Positions 27,701 through 36,507 of a stretch of DNA of 64,000 bases are shown here, piece by piece (within the stretch, counting starts at the first letter, position 1; each line of letters starts with the position of its first letter). Both the position numbers and the translations under genes were made by a program. The notes under the pieces are model-generated. The model was not told the origin of the DNA. It made no database searches and saw nothing but the letters and a program-made list of their open reading frames with translations. This DNA is from Bacilli bacterium. Lineage in GTDB: Bacteria > Bacillota_I > Bacilli_A > RFN20 > DUOF01. The stretch is taken from contig JBGVRX010000026.1 of NCBI GenBank assembly GCA_045128835.1, forward strand, positions 16,512-80,511. Reading direction: 5' to 3'.

Positions 27701-27851
27701 CATTTATATTAATTTTTTTATTTAATAAACTAATTACTCTTTGAGTTAATACGGCTGTTTTACCACTTCCTGCACCTGCACTAACTAAAATATTTTGCGT
27801 TTCACTTTTTATAGCGTCTTCTTGCTCTGGAGTCCATTTTTTACTGCTCAT
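24732..27851 (-). CDS. addA: ATP-dependent helicase/nuclease AddA
   Basis: UvrD-like Walker A GAGSGKT, DEYQDT, and C-terminal nuclease GFIDLMIAY...DIIDYKL. Start taken at MSSKKWTPEQ. Confidence 0.88.
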   Translation of the reverse strand: MSSKKWTPEQEDAIKSETQNILVSAGAGSGKTAVLTQRVISLLNKKININELLVLTFTNAAAAEMKQRIRKAIKKEPDLKEQLDLLDSAYITTFDSFALSLVKKYHYLLNVSSSVKIVNDAALKLEKYKVIDEIMEDKYKDKKDEFVYLINKFCLKDDEDFKDLIYDLNEKFDLIIEKEKFLNEYENYLNDDKVKKLWNDYNAKILSEMEKLRELYYEIENTLESEEDEAMFEEFSKTLEVLIESNDFDVIASNINFNLGKFRKTKNINETFLKNKKKMGTVREQIKKLIDCDKKALIINSLKENLVFEKELIDILKLVNEKITKIKFDNEMFEFIDIAKLAIILLKDNPSICKEIKDSIKEIMLDEYQDTSDIQETLIGYISNNNVYMVGDIKQSIYRFRNANPRIFSDKYDTYSKDTSKGKVINLMRNFRSRKEVLDDINVLFNKIMDGEYGGVNYSKGHEFVFGNLSYNDNVFANQSNSLEIYNYVKDKDFNYSRDEIEAFIIGKDIINKIENNYMVYDKDENVQRKLEYGDITILIDRKEPFDTYQKVFEYLQIPMSSYKNSNLTFSDELLCFKNIYKLIIKFYKKEFDSEFKHSFMSVARSFLYEYSDDYLFDVINENKYYETTVYEDLKELIDNFEFLSIIQINDYLLNKLDVFYKVSKCRDIDDINAIIHYISDLMTDLNTLGYDLNQVVEYFDSVIDKEFKIELPVRKNSMNSVKIMTIHGSKGLEFNICYFAGFNKKFSEFDSKKKFIYDNEYGILLPFYINNEKFTNIGKYLYFDKYYKEEISEKIRLLYVALSRAKEKMIIVGDFSDQTTPKEGMSETKSFYDLIKYAQNTLSNYFKNIELQDYDITDQYKYFKSLKTLKGNSNDKMILKEIKIDNSVVEESSFSKKQHELINEETIAIMNKGNRLHGVLEKMDFAKDDINKYSLDDNDKRILGKFLKCDLLKNVKEGKVYKEYEFIYKEGNDEKHGFIDLMIAYDDYIDIIDYKLSNIDDEAYINQLNGYKSYIEKISNKQVNLYLYSLFKGEYRKV

Positions 27852-30150
27852 CTTCATCACCATCCTGTGAAATTATTACTGCATCTTTATATTTCTTATA
27901 GCAAATATCTTTGTATTTACAATACTCACATGAAATATTTTTACCATTTACTACTTTAGGATTTATTTTGAAATTACCTTCGATTATTAAATTAATAGCT
28001 TCATTAATTTTTTCTTCTATTGTATTTAAAATATTCTCATAATAAGCAGTATCAAAAACCTTGTTTGTATCTGATAAAGTGCCATCTTTTTTAACTTTTA
28101 TTCCTTTAATAAAAGATTTATCATAACATGCTGTATCAATTCTTTTTATAATATTTAAATCATTATAAGTATAACCTTCTAACTTTATTTCTTCCTTAGT
28201 TACATCATCATCTAATATTTTTTGAAGATAGCACCCTACCAAGAAAACATCTGCATAATCCTTGCTTTTACGCAACAAATACATATAAATAGCTAACTGC
28301 ATATTTATACCATCTTTTAAATTATCAAAATTAATTTTAGGTTTACCTGTTTTATAATCTACTACATATGCAAAAGAATTATCTTCAGTAAGCATAACCT
28401 TATCAAGAGTTCCTTTTAATATAACAGATGCAGTACTTTTAACATCTATTATTATCTCTCTTTCACATATTGCTTCTTTAAATTCACTGTTACTTAATTG
28501 ATCCTGTATTAACTCAATATCTCTTTTTAATTCTTCTTTTAATTTAATTAATAATACTTCTTCTTTATTAGTTAAAACTCTACCCTTAAGGGCCTCATTG
28601 TATTCCTTTTCAAAATCAAAGTTTTTGTTATATATTTTAGATAAAACTTTATGATAAACTTTACCAATGTATATAGCAAAAGTATCTGTATCTTCCTTTA
28701 AAATATTGTTTAAATAGTATTTAAAATTACATTTATAAAATTCATCCAAACTAGTATAAGATAAAACTATTTGATTATTTTTCATTTTAATATATTTGTT
28801 ATTTTCAATACCTTTGTAACTATTATCATAACTATCGTATCTTTCTTTACCATATGTATTATATAAACTAAATAATTTAGGATTCTTATAAGAAAATTTA
28901 TAAAATTCATCTAAATACTTAGAAAGTTTAACCTCATCATATTTCTTGGAATAAGAAACATTAGAGTCATTAAGAACATTATCACGAACAGTTCCATTTA
29001 TATCATCAGCAATTGTACTTACTAAGTATGAGTTAAAATAATCTTTTAATTTATAAGTTATAAGTATATTTTTAGCATTATTTAGCTTATTTATATGATA
29101 AGTTTTTATATTCTTATTAATCTCATTACTTGTACTAAAGCCTAATGATTTTTTTATATTATCGCTTAAGTAATCTTCATCTTTATAAAACTTAGGAAAT
29201 CTATTATTAAAACCTATTAGAAAGTAATAGTTATCTTCATTAAAAATCTCTTCCACTTTGATGCATTCAACACAATTATTTAGCTTATTTTTTTTAATAT
29301 TTGTCTTTTTAAGTCCTTGAATGATATATTCAATATCACTAGAATAATCACTAATAAAATAATAATTATTCAAACATTGAATAACCTTATTATAAATATC
29401 AATATTCAAATCACGTTCTTTTAATAAATTTAAAGATTCCTCAACATTATTAGTTTCTATTAAAGTTTTTATAAATTTTTTAATGATATTTAAATCAAAC
29501 AAAGATGTTGTCTTATTTAAATTAATAGGTAAATTATAAAACTTAAAAATCTTATCAATTATATTAGTGTATTCATCACTTACATTAACTAATTTAATAC
29601 TATTGATGTCTACTCCTGAAGTTACTAAATCTCCTATTTTATTAGCAACAAATTCTACTTCATCTTCAATAAAATTAAACTCTAATATTTCTTTTTTATC
29701 ACTATTAGAAGCACAAATAAACTCAATATTATCAAGCAAAGAAAAAATCTTATCATTAATGAAATTAGTCTTTCCATAAGTTGTAACAATGTTTTTAGAA
29801 TTTAACCAATTCAAAAAGTTTTCATTATAAATTAGCAAATCATTATTATCTAAATATTCTTTCATTTCTTTAATTTTGCTAGTCTTTTCACTTTCAATAT
29901 AAGAATCATTTATATAATACATGTTTTGAATCATTAATAAAGCATTAGAATACGTTAAATTATATTCTTTTGCTAAAAAATAAATAGTTTTCTCATTATA
30001 ATCAAAGAAGATCTTCTTTTTTAATTCTTCTACTGTATAAAAAGATAAATCTAGAAGCAATTTATTTGAAGAAACATATAAAAGAATTTCCTTTTTTATA
30101 TTATTAGGAACTATAAAACATGTATTATCTTTTAAATACTTTTTATACAT
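27841..30150 (-). CDS. addB: AddB/RexB-type nuclease subunit (short form, no Walker A)
   Basis: VVDYKTGK PD-(D/E)XK motif and terminal Cys cluster CEYCKYKDIC (Fe-S). 769 aa, beginning directly at the CFIVPN segment. Confidence 0.8.
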   Translation of the reverse strand: MYKKYLKDNTCFIVPNNIKKEILLYVSSNKLLLDLSFYTVEELKKKIFFDYNEKTIYFLAKEYNLTYSNALLMIQNMYYINDSYIESEKTSKIKEMKEYLDNNDLLIYNENFLNWLNSKNIVTTYGKTNFINDKIFSLLDNIEFICASNSDKKEILEFNFIEDEVEFVANKIGDLVTSGVDINSIKLVNVSDEYTNIIDKIFKFYNLPINLNKTTSLFDLNIIKKFIKTLIETNNVEESLNLLKERDLNIDIYNKVIQCLNNYYFISDYSSDIEYIIQGLKKTNIKKNKLNNCVECIKVEEIFNEDNYYFLIGFNNRFPKFYKDEDYLSDNIKKSLGFSTSNEINKNIKTYHINKLNNAKNILITYKLKDYFNSYLVSTIADDINGTVRDNVLNDSNVSYSKKYDEVKLSKYLDEFYKFSYKNPKLFSLYNTYGKERYDSYDNSYKGIENNKYIKMKNNQIVLSYTSLDEFYKCNFKYYLNNILKEDTDTFAIYIGKVYHKVLSKIYNKNFDFEKEYNEALKGRVLTNKEEVLLIKLKEELKRDIELIQDQLSNSEFKEAICEREIIIDVKSTASVILKGTLDKVMLTEDNSFAYVVDYKTGKPKINFDNLKDGINMQLAIYMYLLRKSKDYADVFLVGCYLQKILDDDVTKEEIKLEGYTYNDLNIIKRIDTACYDKSFIKGIKVKKDGTLSDTNKVFDTAYYENILNTIEEKINEAINLIIEGNFKINPKVVNGKNISCEYCKYKDICYKKYKDAVIISQDGDEDEQ

Positions 30151-30218
30151 AAAATCACCACTTAAATTATAGCAAATTTAAGCATAAATAGATATCTAAA
30201 ATTCATCTTTTTGAAACT

Positions 30219-30244
30219 AAAAAAGGAACTGAAATTCCAGTTCC
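30219..30244 (-). terminator. terminator after spoIVB
   Basis: On the - strand, GGAACTG...CAGTTCC followed by T6. Confidence 0.7.
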
Positions 30245-30253
30245 TCATTACAC

Positions 30254-31273
30254 TTAATTTCTTAAGCTATCAGACTCTTCAAGCATCCATTCAATAAAAA
30301 TACCATACCCATAATCTACATTATCTACTAAAACATGTGTTACGGCACCAATAATTTTATTGTTTTGAATAATTGGAGATCCGCTCATTCCCGCTACAAT
30401 GCCATTTGTTATATTTAAAAGCCTCTTATCTACTATTTTAAAAGAAATACCTTTTATACTCTGTTTATCTTGGTCTTTTAAACTCACAATTTCTATATCA
30501 AACTTCTCTACTTTGTCTCCATGGATAACTGTCCATATTTGAGCCTTACCAAGTTCAACATCTTCTTTTTCTCCAACTTCTAAAGTAACATAATCATCAA
30601 CATTTACATTATATGTCCCATAAATGCCATAATCATTGTTTTTTATTACTTCACCAAGTATTTCCTCTTCATTTATGGATGCTATTTTTTCTCCTGGTTT
30701 ACCATCTTTACTCTTTCTAATAAGAGTTACATCACTTGAATAAATAGTTCCAAAAGACAAATCAATGCTCGGGCTATAACTAGCATCATTCATCTCGTGT
30801 CCTAAAGCTCCATAAGTTCCTTTTTCTTCATCATAATAGGTAATTGTGCCTATTCCTAATAACCTCTCTTTAATGAATAATCCAGTTTTTATATTACCAT
30901 ATTCATCACGTATTAATTTTAGGGTTTTGGTGTAAGTTTTACCATCTCTAATAACCTTTATTTCAGCACTATCTTTATTAGCGTATTTATCTTTTAAAAT
31001 AGTTACAAGATCATTTAATGAATTAACACTATCTTCTCCTACACTAATAATTAAATCACCTTTTCTTAAGTCACTATTGCTTTTAGGATTATATATTTTT
31101 TTATCTTCTTTTACATCATATGTACCTGATATTAATAGCCCATTACTCCTGAGTTCAATTCCAATGTTTTGACCACCCACAATAACTTCTCGTGCAGATA
31201 TGATCGTTGGTGAAGTAACTGCCATAAAAAAGGTTAACAATAATGTAAGTAATCTACTTTTTTTTGGCATCAT
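30254..31273 (-). CDS. spoIVB: SpoIVB signalling peptidase (S55)
   Basis: Signal anchor, PDZ (GDLIISVG), catalytic GMSGSPII and AVTHVLV. Confidence 0.88.
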   Translation of the reverse strand: MMPKKSRLLTLLLTFFMAVTSPTIISAREVIVGGQNIGIELRSNGLLISGTYDVKEDKKIYNPKSNSDLRKGDLIISVGEDSVNSLNDLVTILKDKYANKDSAEIKVIRDGKTYTKTLKLIRDEYGNIKTGLFIKERLLGIGTITYYDEEKGTYGALGHEMNDASYSPSIDLSFGTIYSSDVTLIRKSKDGKPGEKIASINEEEILGEVIKNNDYGIYGTYNVNVDDYVTLEVGEKEDVELGKAQIWTVIHGDKVEKFDIEIVSLKDQDKQSIKGISFKIVDKRLLNITNGIVAGMSGSPIIQNNKIIGAVTHVLVDNVDYGYGIFIEWMLEESDSLRN

Positions 31274-31357
31274 ATTCTCCTTTCAAAAAAAGGATAAGCA
31301 AGATTACATAATTATTTTTAACCTTAATTTTATTTTAAAACTTACATATTTTTACTT

Positions 31358-33001
31358 TTAATTATTTTTATATAATAATTCTTTAGCATTATCAATAAAC
31401 GCATCAGATGGCAAATCACTACCACTTAAAATCTTAGCTAATTCATATATTTTTTCGTTCTTATCTAATAATTTAACAAAAGATTTTGTTTTGTTATTCA
31501 TGACAGTTTTATATACGTAATAGAAGTTATCTGCGAATGCTATAACTTGAGGTAAGTGAGAAATAACTAGTGTTTGATATTTTTTAGATAATGTTTTAAT
31601 CTTTTCTCCTACACTTGTAGCAACCTTGCCGCTTACACCACTATCAACCTCATCAAAGATAGCTAACGATATATCAAAGATATCATTAAATACAACATTT
31701 AATCCTAATGTTAATCTAGAAGTTTCTCCTCCACTTGCTACGACACTTAAAGGTTTTAAATTTTCTCCAACATTCGTAGATATTAAGAATTCAACCCTAT
31801 CTTTTCCTGTTTTATTAAACTCTACATCTTTAAAATCTACTTTAAATACAGTTTTATCTAAATATAAATCTTTAAGCTCTTTTTCAATGCATTTCTCAAG
31901 TTTTGAAGCAACACTCTTTCTTTTATCGGATAAAGTTGAAGCAACACTTAAAACCTTGTTCTTGGCTTCTTCAATTTCTTTTTCTAACTTAGATAAAACA
32001 TACTCTCTATTATCAAATAAATCTATCTTAGTTTGATATTCACTTTTAGCTTTTTCTATCTCTTCAAAAGTATTACCGTATTTTCTTTTTAATTTATTAA
32101 TTTTGTACAATCTATCTTCTATATATGAAAGCCTAGATTCATCAATATCTAAAGAATTAAAAGTAGACTTTAAACCACTAGTAATATCTTTACTATTTTC
32201 ATATAATTCGATTATTTTCTCTTCAAATTCTGCAAAAGAAGGATCATCACTAACATTACTTACAAATCGCTTTACTTCGTATAGTAGTTCATTAATTCCT
32301 CTTTCACCATCTAGCATACTAATCGCACCATTAACATTAGTGCTTAACTTATTAAATTTAGATATTCTTGAAGCTTCTAACTCTAATTCTTCAATCTCAT
32401 TTTCTTTTACATCAATACTTAAAATTTCATCTAATTGATATTTTAAATAATCGATATCTTCATTAGTATTCATACTCTTTAATTCATTATATTTGCTTAT
32501 TTTTTCATTGTATTCTTTATATAAAACATCATACTCATCTTTAATATTAGAAAGATCACTTCCTGCAAATTTATCTAGTAATCCAAGATGATATTTACTG
32601 TCCAATAAGTAAAATAAATCATGTTGAGAATGAAGATTAACTTTCTTTCCTAAAGTATTCTTTAAAGTATTCATATTAACGGTAATACCATTTATTTTAC
32701 AAATATTATTACCTTCACTATTAATAATTCTTGTAAAAGTAAATAGGTTTCCATTATCTTTATATTCCTCTAATTCTTCGTTAATTGTATCAAACTCTAT
32801 TAAAGCCTCTACGAATGCTCTAGTTTCTCCAAATCTTATTTTGCTATTATTAGCCCTTTCTCCAATTAAAAGCGAAAAAGCATCAATTATAATCGATTTA
32901 CCAGCACCCGTTTCACCCAAGAAAACACTCATACCTTTTTCAAATGAGATATTTAAATCTTCTATAATTGCAAAATTCTTAATTGTAAGTTCTTTAAGCA
33001 T
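31358..33001 (-). CDS. recN: DNA repair protein RecN
   Basis: GETGAGKSII Walker A, long coiled coil, SGGETSR signature, FDEVDSG Walker B. Confidence 0.92.
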   Translation of the reverse strand: MLKELTIKNFAIIEDLNISFEKGMSVFLGETGAGKSIIIDAFSLLIGERANNSKIRFGETRAFVEALIEFDTINEELEEYKDNGNLFTFTRIINSEGNNICKINGITVNMNTLKNTLGKKVNLHSQHDLFYLLDSKYHLGLLDKFAGSDLSNIKDEYDVLYKEYNEKISKYNELKSMNTNEDIDYLKYQLDEILSIDVKENEIEELELEASRISKFNKLSTNVNGAISMLDGERGINELLYEVKRFVSNVSDDPSFAEFEEKIIELYENSKDITSGLKSTFNSLDIDESRLSYIEDRLYKINKLKRKYGNTFEEIEKAKSEYQTKIDLFDNREYVLSKLEKEIEEAKNKVLSVASTLSDKRKSVASKLEKCIEKELKDLYLDKTVFKVDFKDVEFNKTGKDRVEFLISTNVGENLKPLSVVASGGETSRLTLGLNVVFNDIFDISLAIFDEVDSGVSGKVATSVGEKIKTLSKKYQTLVISHLPQVIAFADNFYYVYKTVMNNKTKSFVKLLDKNEKIYELAKILSGSDLPSDAFIDNAKELLYKNN

Positions 33002-33057
33002 CTAATCACCCCAATAACATCTATACATATAATATCAAAAAAATAACAAATTAAAAA

Positions 33058-33552
33058 CTAGAAACTTTCTATTTGATCATTATAAATAACTAACGGTAAG
33101 AACTCTTTATCATTAATCATCTGAATAATTTCATCTTTACTAACTAGTTTAGCGTTCTTATTCTTACCTTTTTCATATCGTATATCACTTAAATCAAACT
33201 TTAACTTAAAGATAAACACATCACATATTTCAGGATATTTACAAGTGTCATTTACAACGCTAAATTTCTTCAACAAATTACTCGCATCTACAGTTAGACC
33301 ACTTTCTTCTTTAACTTCCCTTACAATAGCCATAAAAGAGTCTTCTTCTCCATCTACTCCTCCAGCGATTGGTTCATAAAAATTAGGAAATATTTTCTTT
33401 GTTTCATCTCTTTGAAAAATCAAATATTTATCTTCACATTTAATCCAAGCATGTACAGATAAATGAAATTCTCCTTTTAACAAAAGAGAATCTCTTTCTA
33501 CTGTTTTATTTAAAGGATTTCTATCTTTATCATATAAAAACCATTTTTCCAT
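33058..33552 (-). CDS. NUDIX hydrolase
   Basis: Nudix box GGVDGEEDSFMAIVREVKEESGL. GGTGA SD before the ATG at 33552. Confidence 0.8.
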   Translation of the reverse strand: MEKWFLYDKDRNPLNKTVERDSLLLKGEFHLSVHAWIKCEDKYLIFQRDETKKIFPNFYEPIAGGVDGEEDSFMAIVREVKEESGLTVDASNLLKKFSVVNDTCKYPEICDVFIFKLKFDLSDIRYEKGKNKNAKLVSKDEIIQMINDKEFLPLVIYNDQIESF

Positions 33553-33562
33553 AGAATCACCA

Positions 33563-34357
33563 TTATTTTTCAAAAGCTTTACTAATAATTTCTTTGATGT
33601 TTTCATTATTAACATCAAATTTATTAAAACTAAATAACCCTAAATATTCAATATTACCTGATTTATCTCCTTTAATTGGAGAAAAATCCAATTTATTTAA
33701 ATGTAAATCATACTTATTCGCAGCATCTATTACATTCTTTATTACTTGAAAATGAAGTTTAGGATTATTTACTACTCCATTCTTGTTATGTTCCTTCTTA
33801 CTAGTCTCAAATTGAGGTTTTATAAGAGTCATCATACATTTATCATTTTCAATAACTTTACTAGCATTTTCAAAGATATATGATAAAGATATAAAAGAAA
33901 CATCAACGACAATTAAGTCAATCTTATAACCTTTGAATTCTTCTATATTAATTGTCCTAAAATTAGTTTTTTCTAATGATACAACCTTATCATTAACTCT
34001 TAACGAATCATGCAATTGGTTTTCTCCAACATCAAGAGCATACACCTTTTTCGCACCATTTTGTAAAGAACAATCAGTAAATCCTCCAGTACTTGCCCCT
34101 ATATCTAAAACAGTTTTATCTTTTAAATCTAGATTGAAGACTTTAATAGCTTTTTCTAACTTTAAGCCACCTCTAGAAACATAAGGAAGACTAACAGAAA
34201 CAATTTCAATTTTAGCATTTTCATCTACTTTATGAGACGAATTATTTATAATAACACCGTTAACTTTAACATCATTACTCTCAATAGCGTTTTGAGCCTT
34301 ATTTCTAGTTTCATAAAATCCCTTATTAACTAAAAATACATCTAATCTCTCTTTCAT
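33563..34357 (-). CDS. tlyA: TlyA-family rRNA 2'-O-methyltransferase
   Basis: S4 domain (RLDVFLV..G....R..A), SAM motif LDIGASTGGFTD. Confidence 0.88.
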   Translation of the reverse strand: MKERLDVFLVNKGFYETRNKAQNAIESNDVKVNGVIINNSSHKVDENAKIEIVSVSLPYVSRGGLKLEKAIKVFNLDLKDKTVLDIGASTGGFTDCSLQNGAKKVYALDVGENQLHDSLRVNDKVVSLEKTNFRTINIEEFKGYKIDLIVVDVSFISLSYIFENASKVIENDKCMMTLIKPQFETSKKEHNKNGVVNNPKLHFQVIKNVIDAANKYDLHLNKLDFSPIKGDKSGNIEYLGLFSFNKFDVNNENIKEIISKAFEK

Positions 34358-36507
34358 TAGTTTCTAGCAGTCCTCTCTACTTCAAAGACTCCTTTAATGT
34401 TCTTTAAAGAGTTTTCTACGCTTTGGTAATGTTCTCCATCTCTTACCATTATTGATAAGTGAACAGAAGCATTTAAGTTCTCTTTATGAGATACAGCATT
34501 TAACTCTAATGGAGTTATTTTTAATGTACTTAAAGTATTCATAATTTCAATTAATAAATTAGTTCTATCACTAGCTCTAATAATTAAATCAACTTGATGT
34601 AATACATTGCTAATTACATTTGGATCCCATTCAACATCTATAAATCTAGAAGATAAATTTTTAAGAGTTGGACAGTTTGCTCTATGTACTTTAACACCCT
34701 TACCCCTAGAAATATAACCTATAATAGGATCTCCTGGGATTGGGCAACAACATTGTGATAATTCTACTTTAATAGAGTCAATTCCTCTAACCATTACCCC
34801 TTCACTATTAGACGCTTTAATATTAGGCTTTTTAAATTCAAATGTAGGCACATTTTTAGCAGTTTTCTTAGCTTTTACTTTTTCAATAACGTTTATTGGG
34901 TTAACTGCTCTATTAGCCATAACTAAGTATAAATCTTCTACTTTATTTACGCCAAATTGTTGTAAGAAAGATACATCTTCAAATACTTCATCAATATCTT
35001 TTTCGCTAACATTTCTATTTCTAGCTTCTTCTAAAAGTAAAGATTCTCCTCTATTAATTAATTCTTCTTTATTTTCAGTAGCGTTCTTCTTTTGCAATGC
35101 TTTTCTAATATAGTTTTTAGCATTACTAGTCTTTACAAATTGAAGCCAACCTTCACTTGGTACAGTATGTAATTTAGAAGTTTTAATTTCTACTATATCA
35201 CCAGTTTTTAATTCAGTATTTATAGGAACCATTACACCATTTACTAAAGCTCCAACACAACTATGACCTACATTACTATGAATTCTATAAGCAAAATCAA
35301 TTGGACATGCTCCAACTGGAAGTTCAATAACCTTACCTCTAGGAGACATTACATAAATACTAGATTCAAATACTTCTTTCTTTAAGTTCTCTACGTATTC
35401 TTCTTTATCTTTAGTTTCTTCATTTGCTTCAATAAATTCTCTAAAGAAGTGTAACTTTTCTTCTATTTCTTCTTTATTTCCTTTATCTCCTTCTTTATAT
35501 TTCCAGTGCGCAGCAACTCCACTTTCAGCCCATTCATCCATCTTCTTAGTTCTTATTTGGATTTCATAAATATTACCATCATCTGCTATTATACCTGTAT
35601 GTAATGATTGATACATATTACTTTTAGGTACAGCAATATAATCTTTAAAACGCCCATTTATAGGCTTATATATTGCATGAATATATCCTAAAATCTCATA
35701 ACAGTTAACATCTGTTTCTGTAATAATTCTTAAAGCTAACAAATCATATAATTCATCAAATTCAAGATGCTTTTTACTCATCTTTTTATAAATACTATAA
35801 ATCTCTTTAGGTCTACCTTTAATACTGTAGTAAGGGATATTGTGTTCATCAAGAAGTTTTTTGATTTTTTCAATCATTCCATCTACTTTATTTTGTCTCT
35901 CTTCACTTCTTTGCTTTAACATATCTTGGATATATAAATATTTTTCTCTTTCTAAGTAATAAATTGAAGTATTTTCTAGGAAAGTTTTAACTTTATGCAT
36001 ACCTAATCTGTGTGCAATTGGAGAGTAAACATCTAATGTTTCTTTAGCTACTTTAATTTGGAATTCTTCATCAAACAAATCCAAATATTTCATTAATTCT
36101 TGTTGCATTACTAGTCTAATGATTAATACGTTATAATCCTTAGCAAGCGCAACAAAAATCTTACGATAGTTTTCATTATCTATTAAATAATTAGTCTTCT
36201 CTTTTACATTATCAATTCTTACTAATGCTTCAAGCATTACACTAGTATCTTCACCATATTCATTAGTTACATAGCTATAATTAATATTATCTGTTTTTAG
36301 TAATAAACATGAAAGTAAACTTTCAATTGCCACATTATATTTAGTTAAATATAAAATAACATTATTAATATATTCTAAAGTATTAATCTTCTCTAAAAAC
36401 ACTTTGCTTGCATATTCTTTAGTAGATTCTTTATAACACTTTTCAAATAGTTTTATTTCATCTTCTTTTAAATACTTACTTATCTTATCAATTATTTGTT
36501 CATACAT
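34357..36507 (-). CDS. relA: long RSH (p)ppGpp synthetase with degenerate hydrolase domain
   Basis: Synthetase motifs intact (GRPKEIYSIYKKM, GRFKDYIAVPKSNMYQSLHT, GVAAHWKYKEG), with TGS and ACT regions. The HD-hydrolase motifs are substituted (see findings). GGAGGGG SD before the ATG at 36507. Confidence 0.85.
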   Translation of the reverse strand: MYEQIIDKISKYLKEDEIKLFEKCYKESTKEYASKVFLEKINTLEYINNVILYLTKYNVAIESLLSCLLLKTDNINYSYVTNEYGEDTSVMLEALVRIDNVKEKTNYLIDNENYRKIFVALAKDYNVLIIRLVMQQELMKYLDLFDEEFQIKVAKETLDVYSPIAHRLGMHKVKTFLENTSIYYLEREKYLYIQDMLKQRSEERQNKVDGMIEKIKKLLDEHNIPYYSIKGRPKEIYSIYKKMSKKHLEFDELYDLLALRIITETDVNCYEILGYIHAIYKPINGRFKDYIAVPKSNMYQSLHTGIIADDGNIYEIQIRTKKMDEWAESGVAAHWKYKEGDKGNKEEIEEKLHFFREFIEANEETKDKEEYVENLKKEVFESSIYVMSPRGKVIELPVGACPIDFAYRIHSNVGHSCVGALVNGVMVPINTELKTGDIVEIKTSKLHTVPSEGWLQFVKTSNAKNYIRKALQKKNATENKEELINRGESLLLEEARNRNVSEKDIDEVFEDVSFLQQFGVNKVEDLYLVMANRAVNPINVIEKVKAKKTAKNVPTFEFKKPNIKASNSEGVMVRGIDSIKVELSQCCCPIPGDPIIGYISRGKGVKVHRANCPTLKNLSSRFIDVEWDPNVISNVLHQVDLIIRASDRTNLLIEIMNTLSTLKITPLELNAVSHKENLNASVHLSIMVRDGEHYQSVENSLKNIKGVFEVERTARN

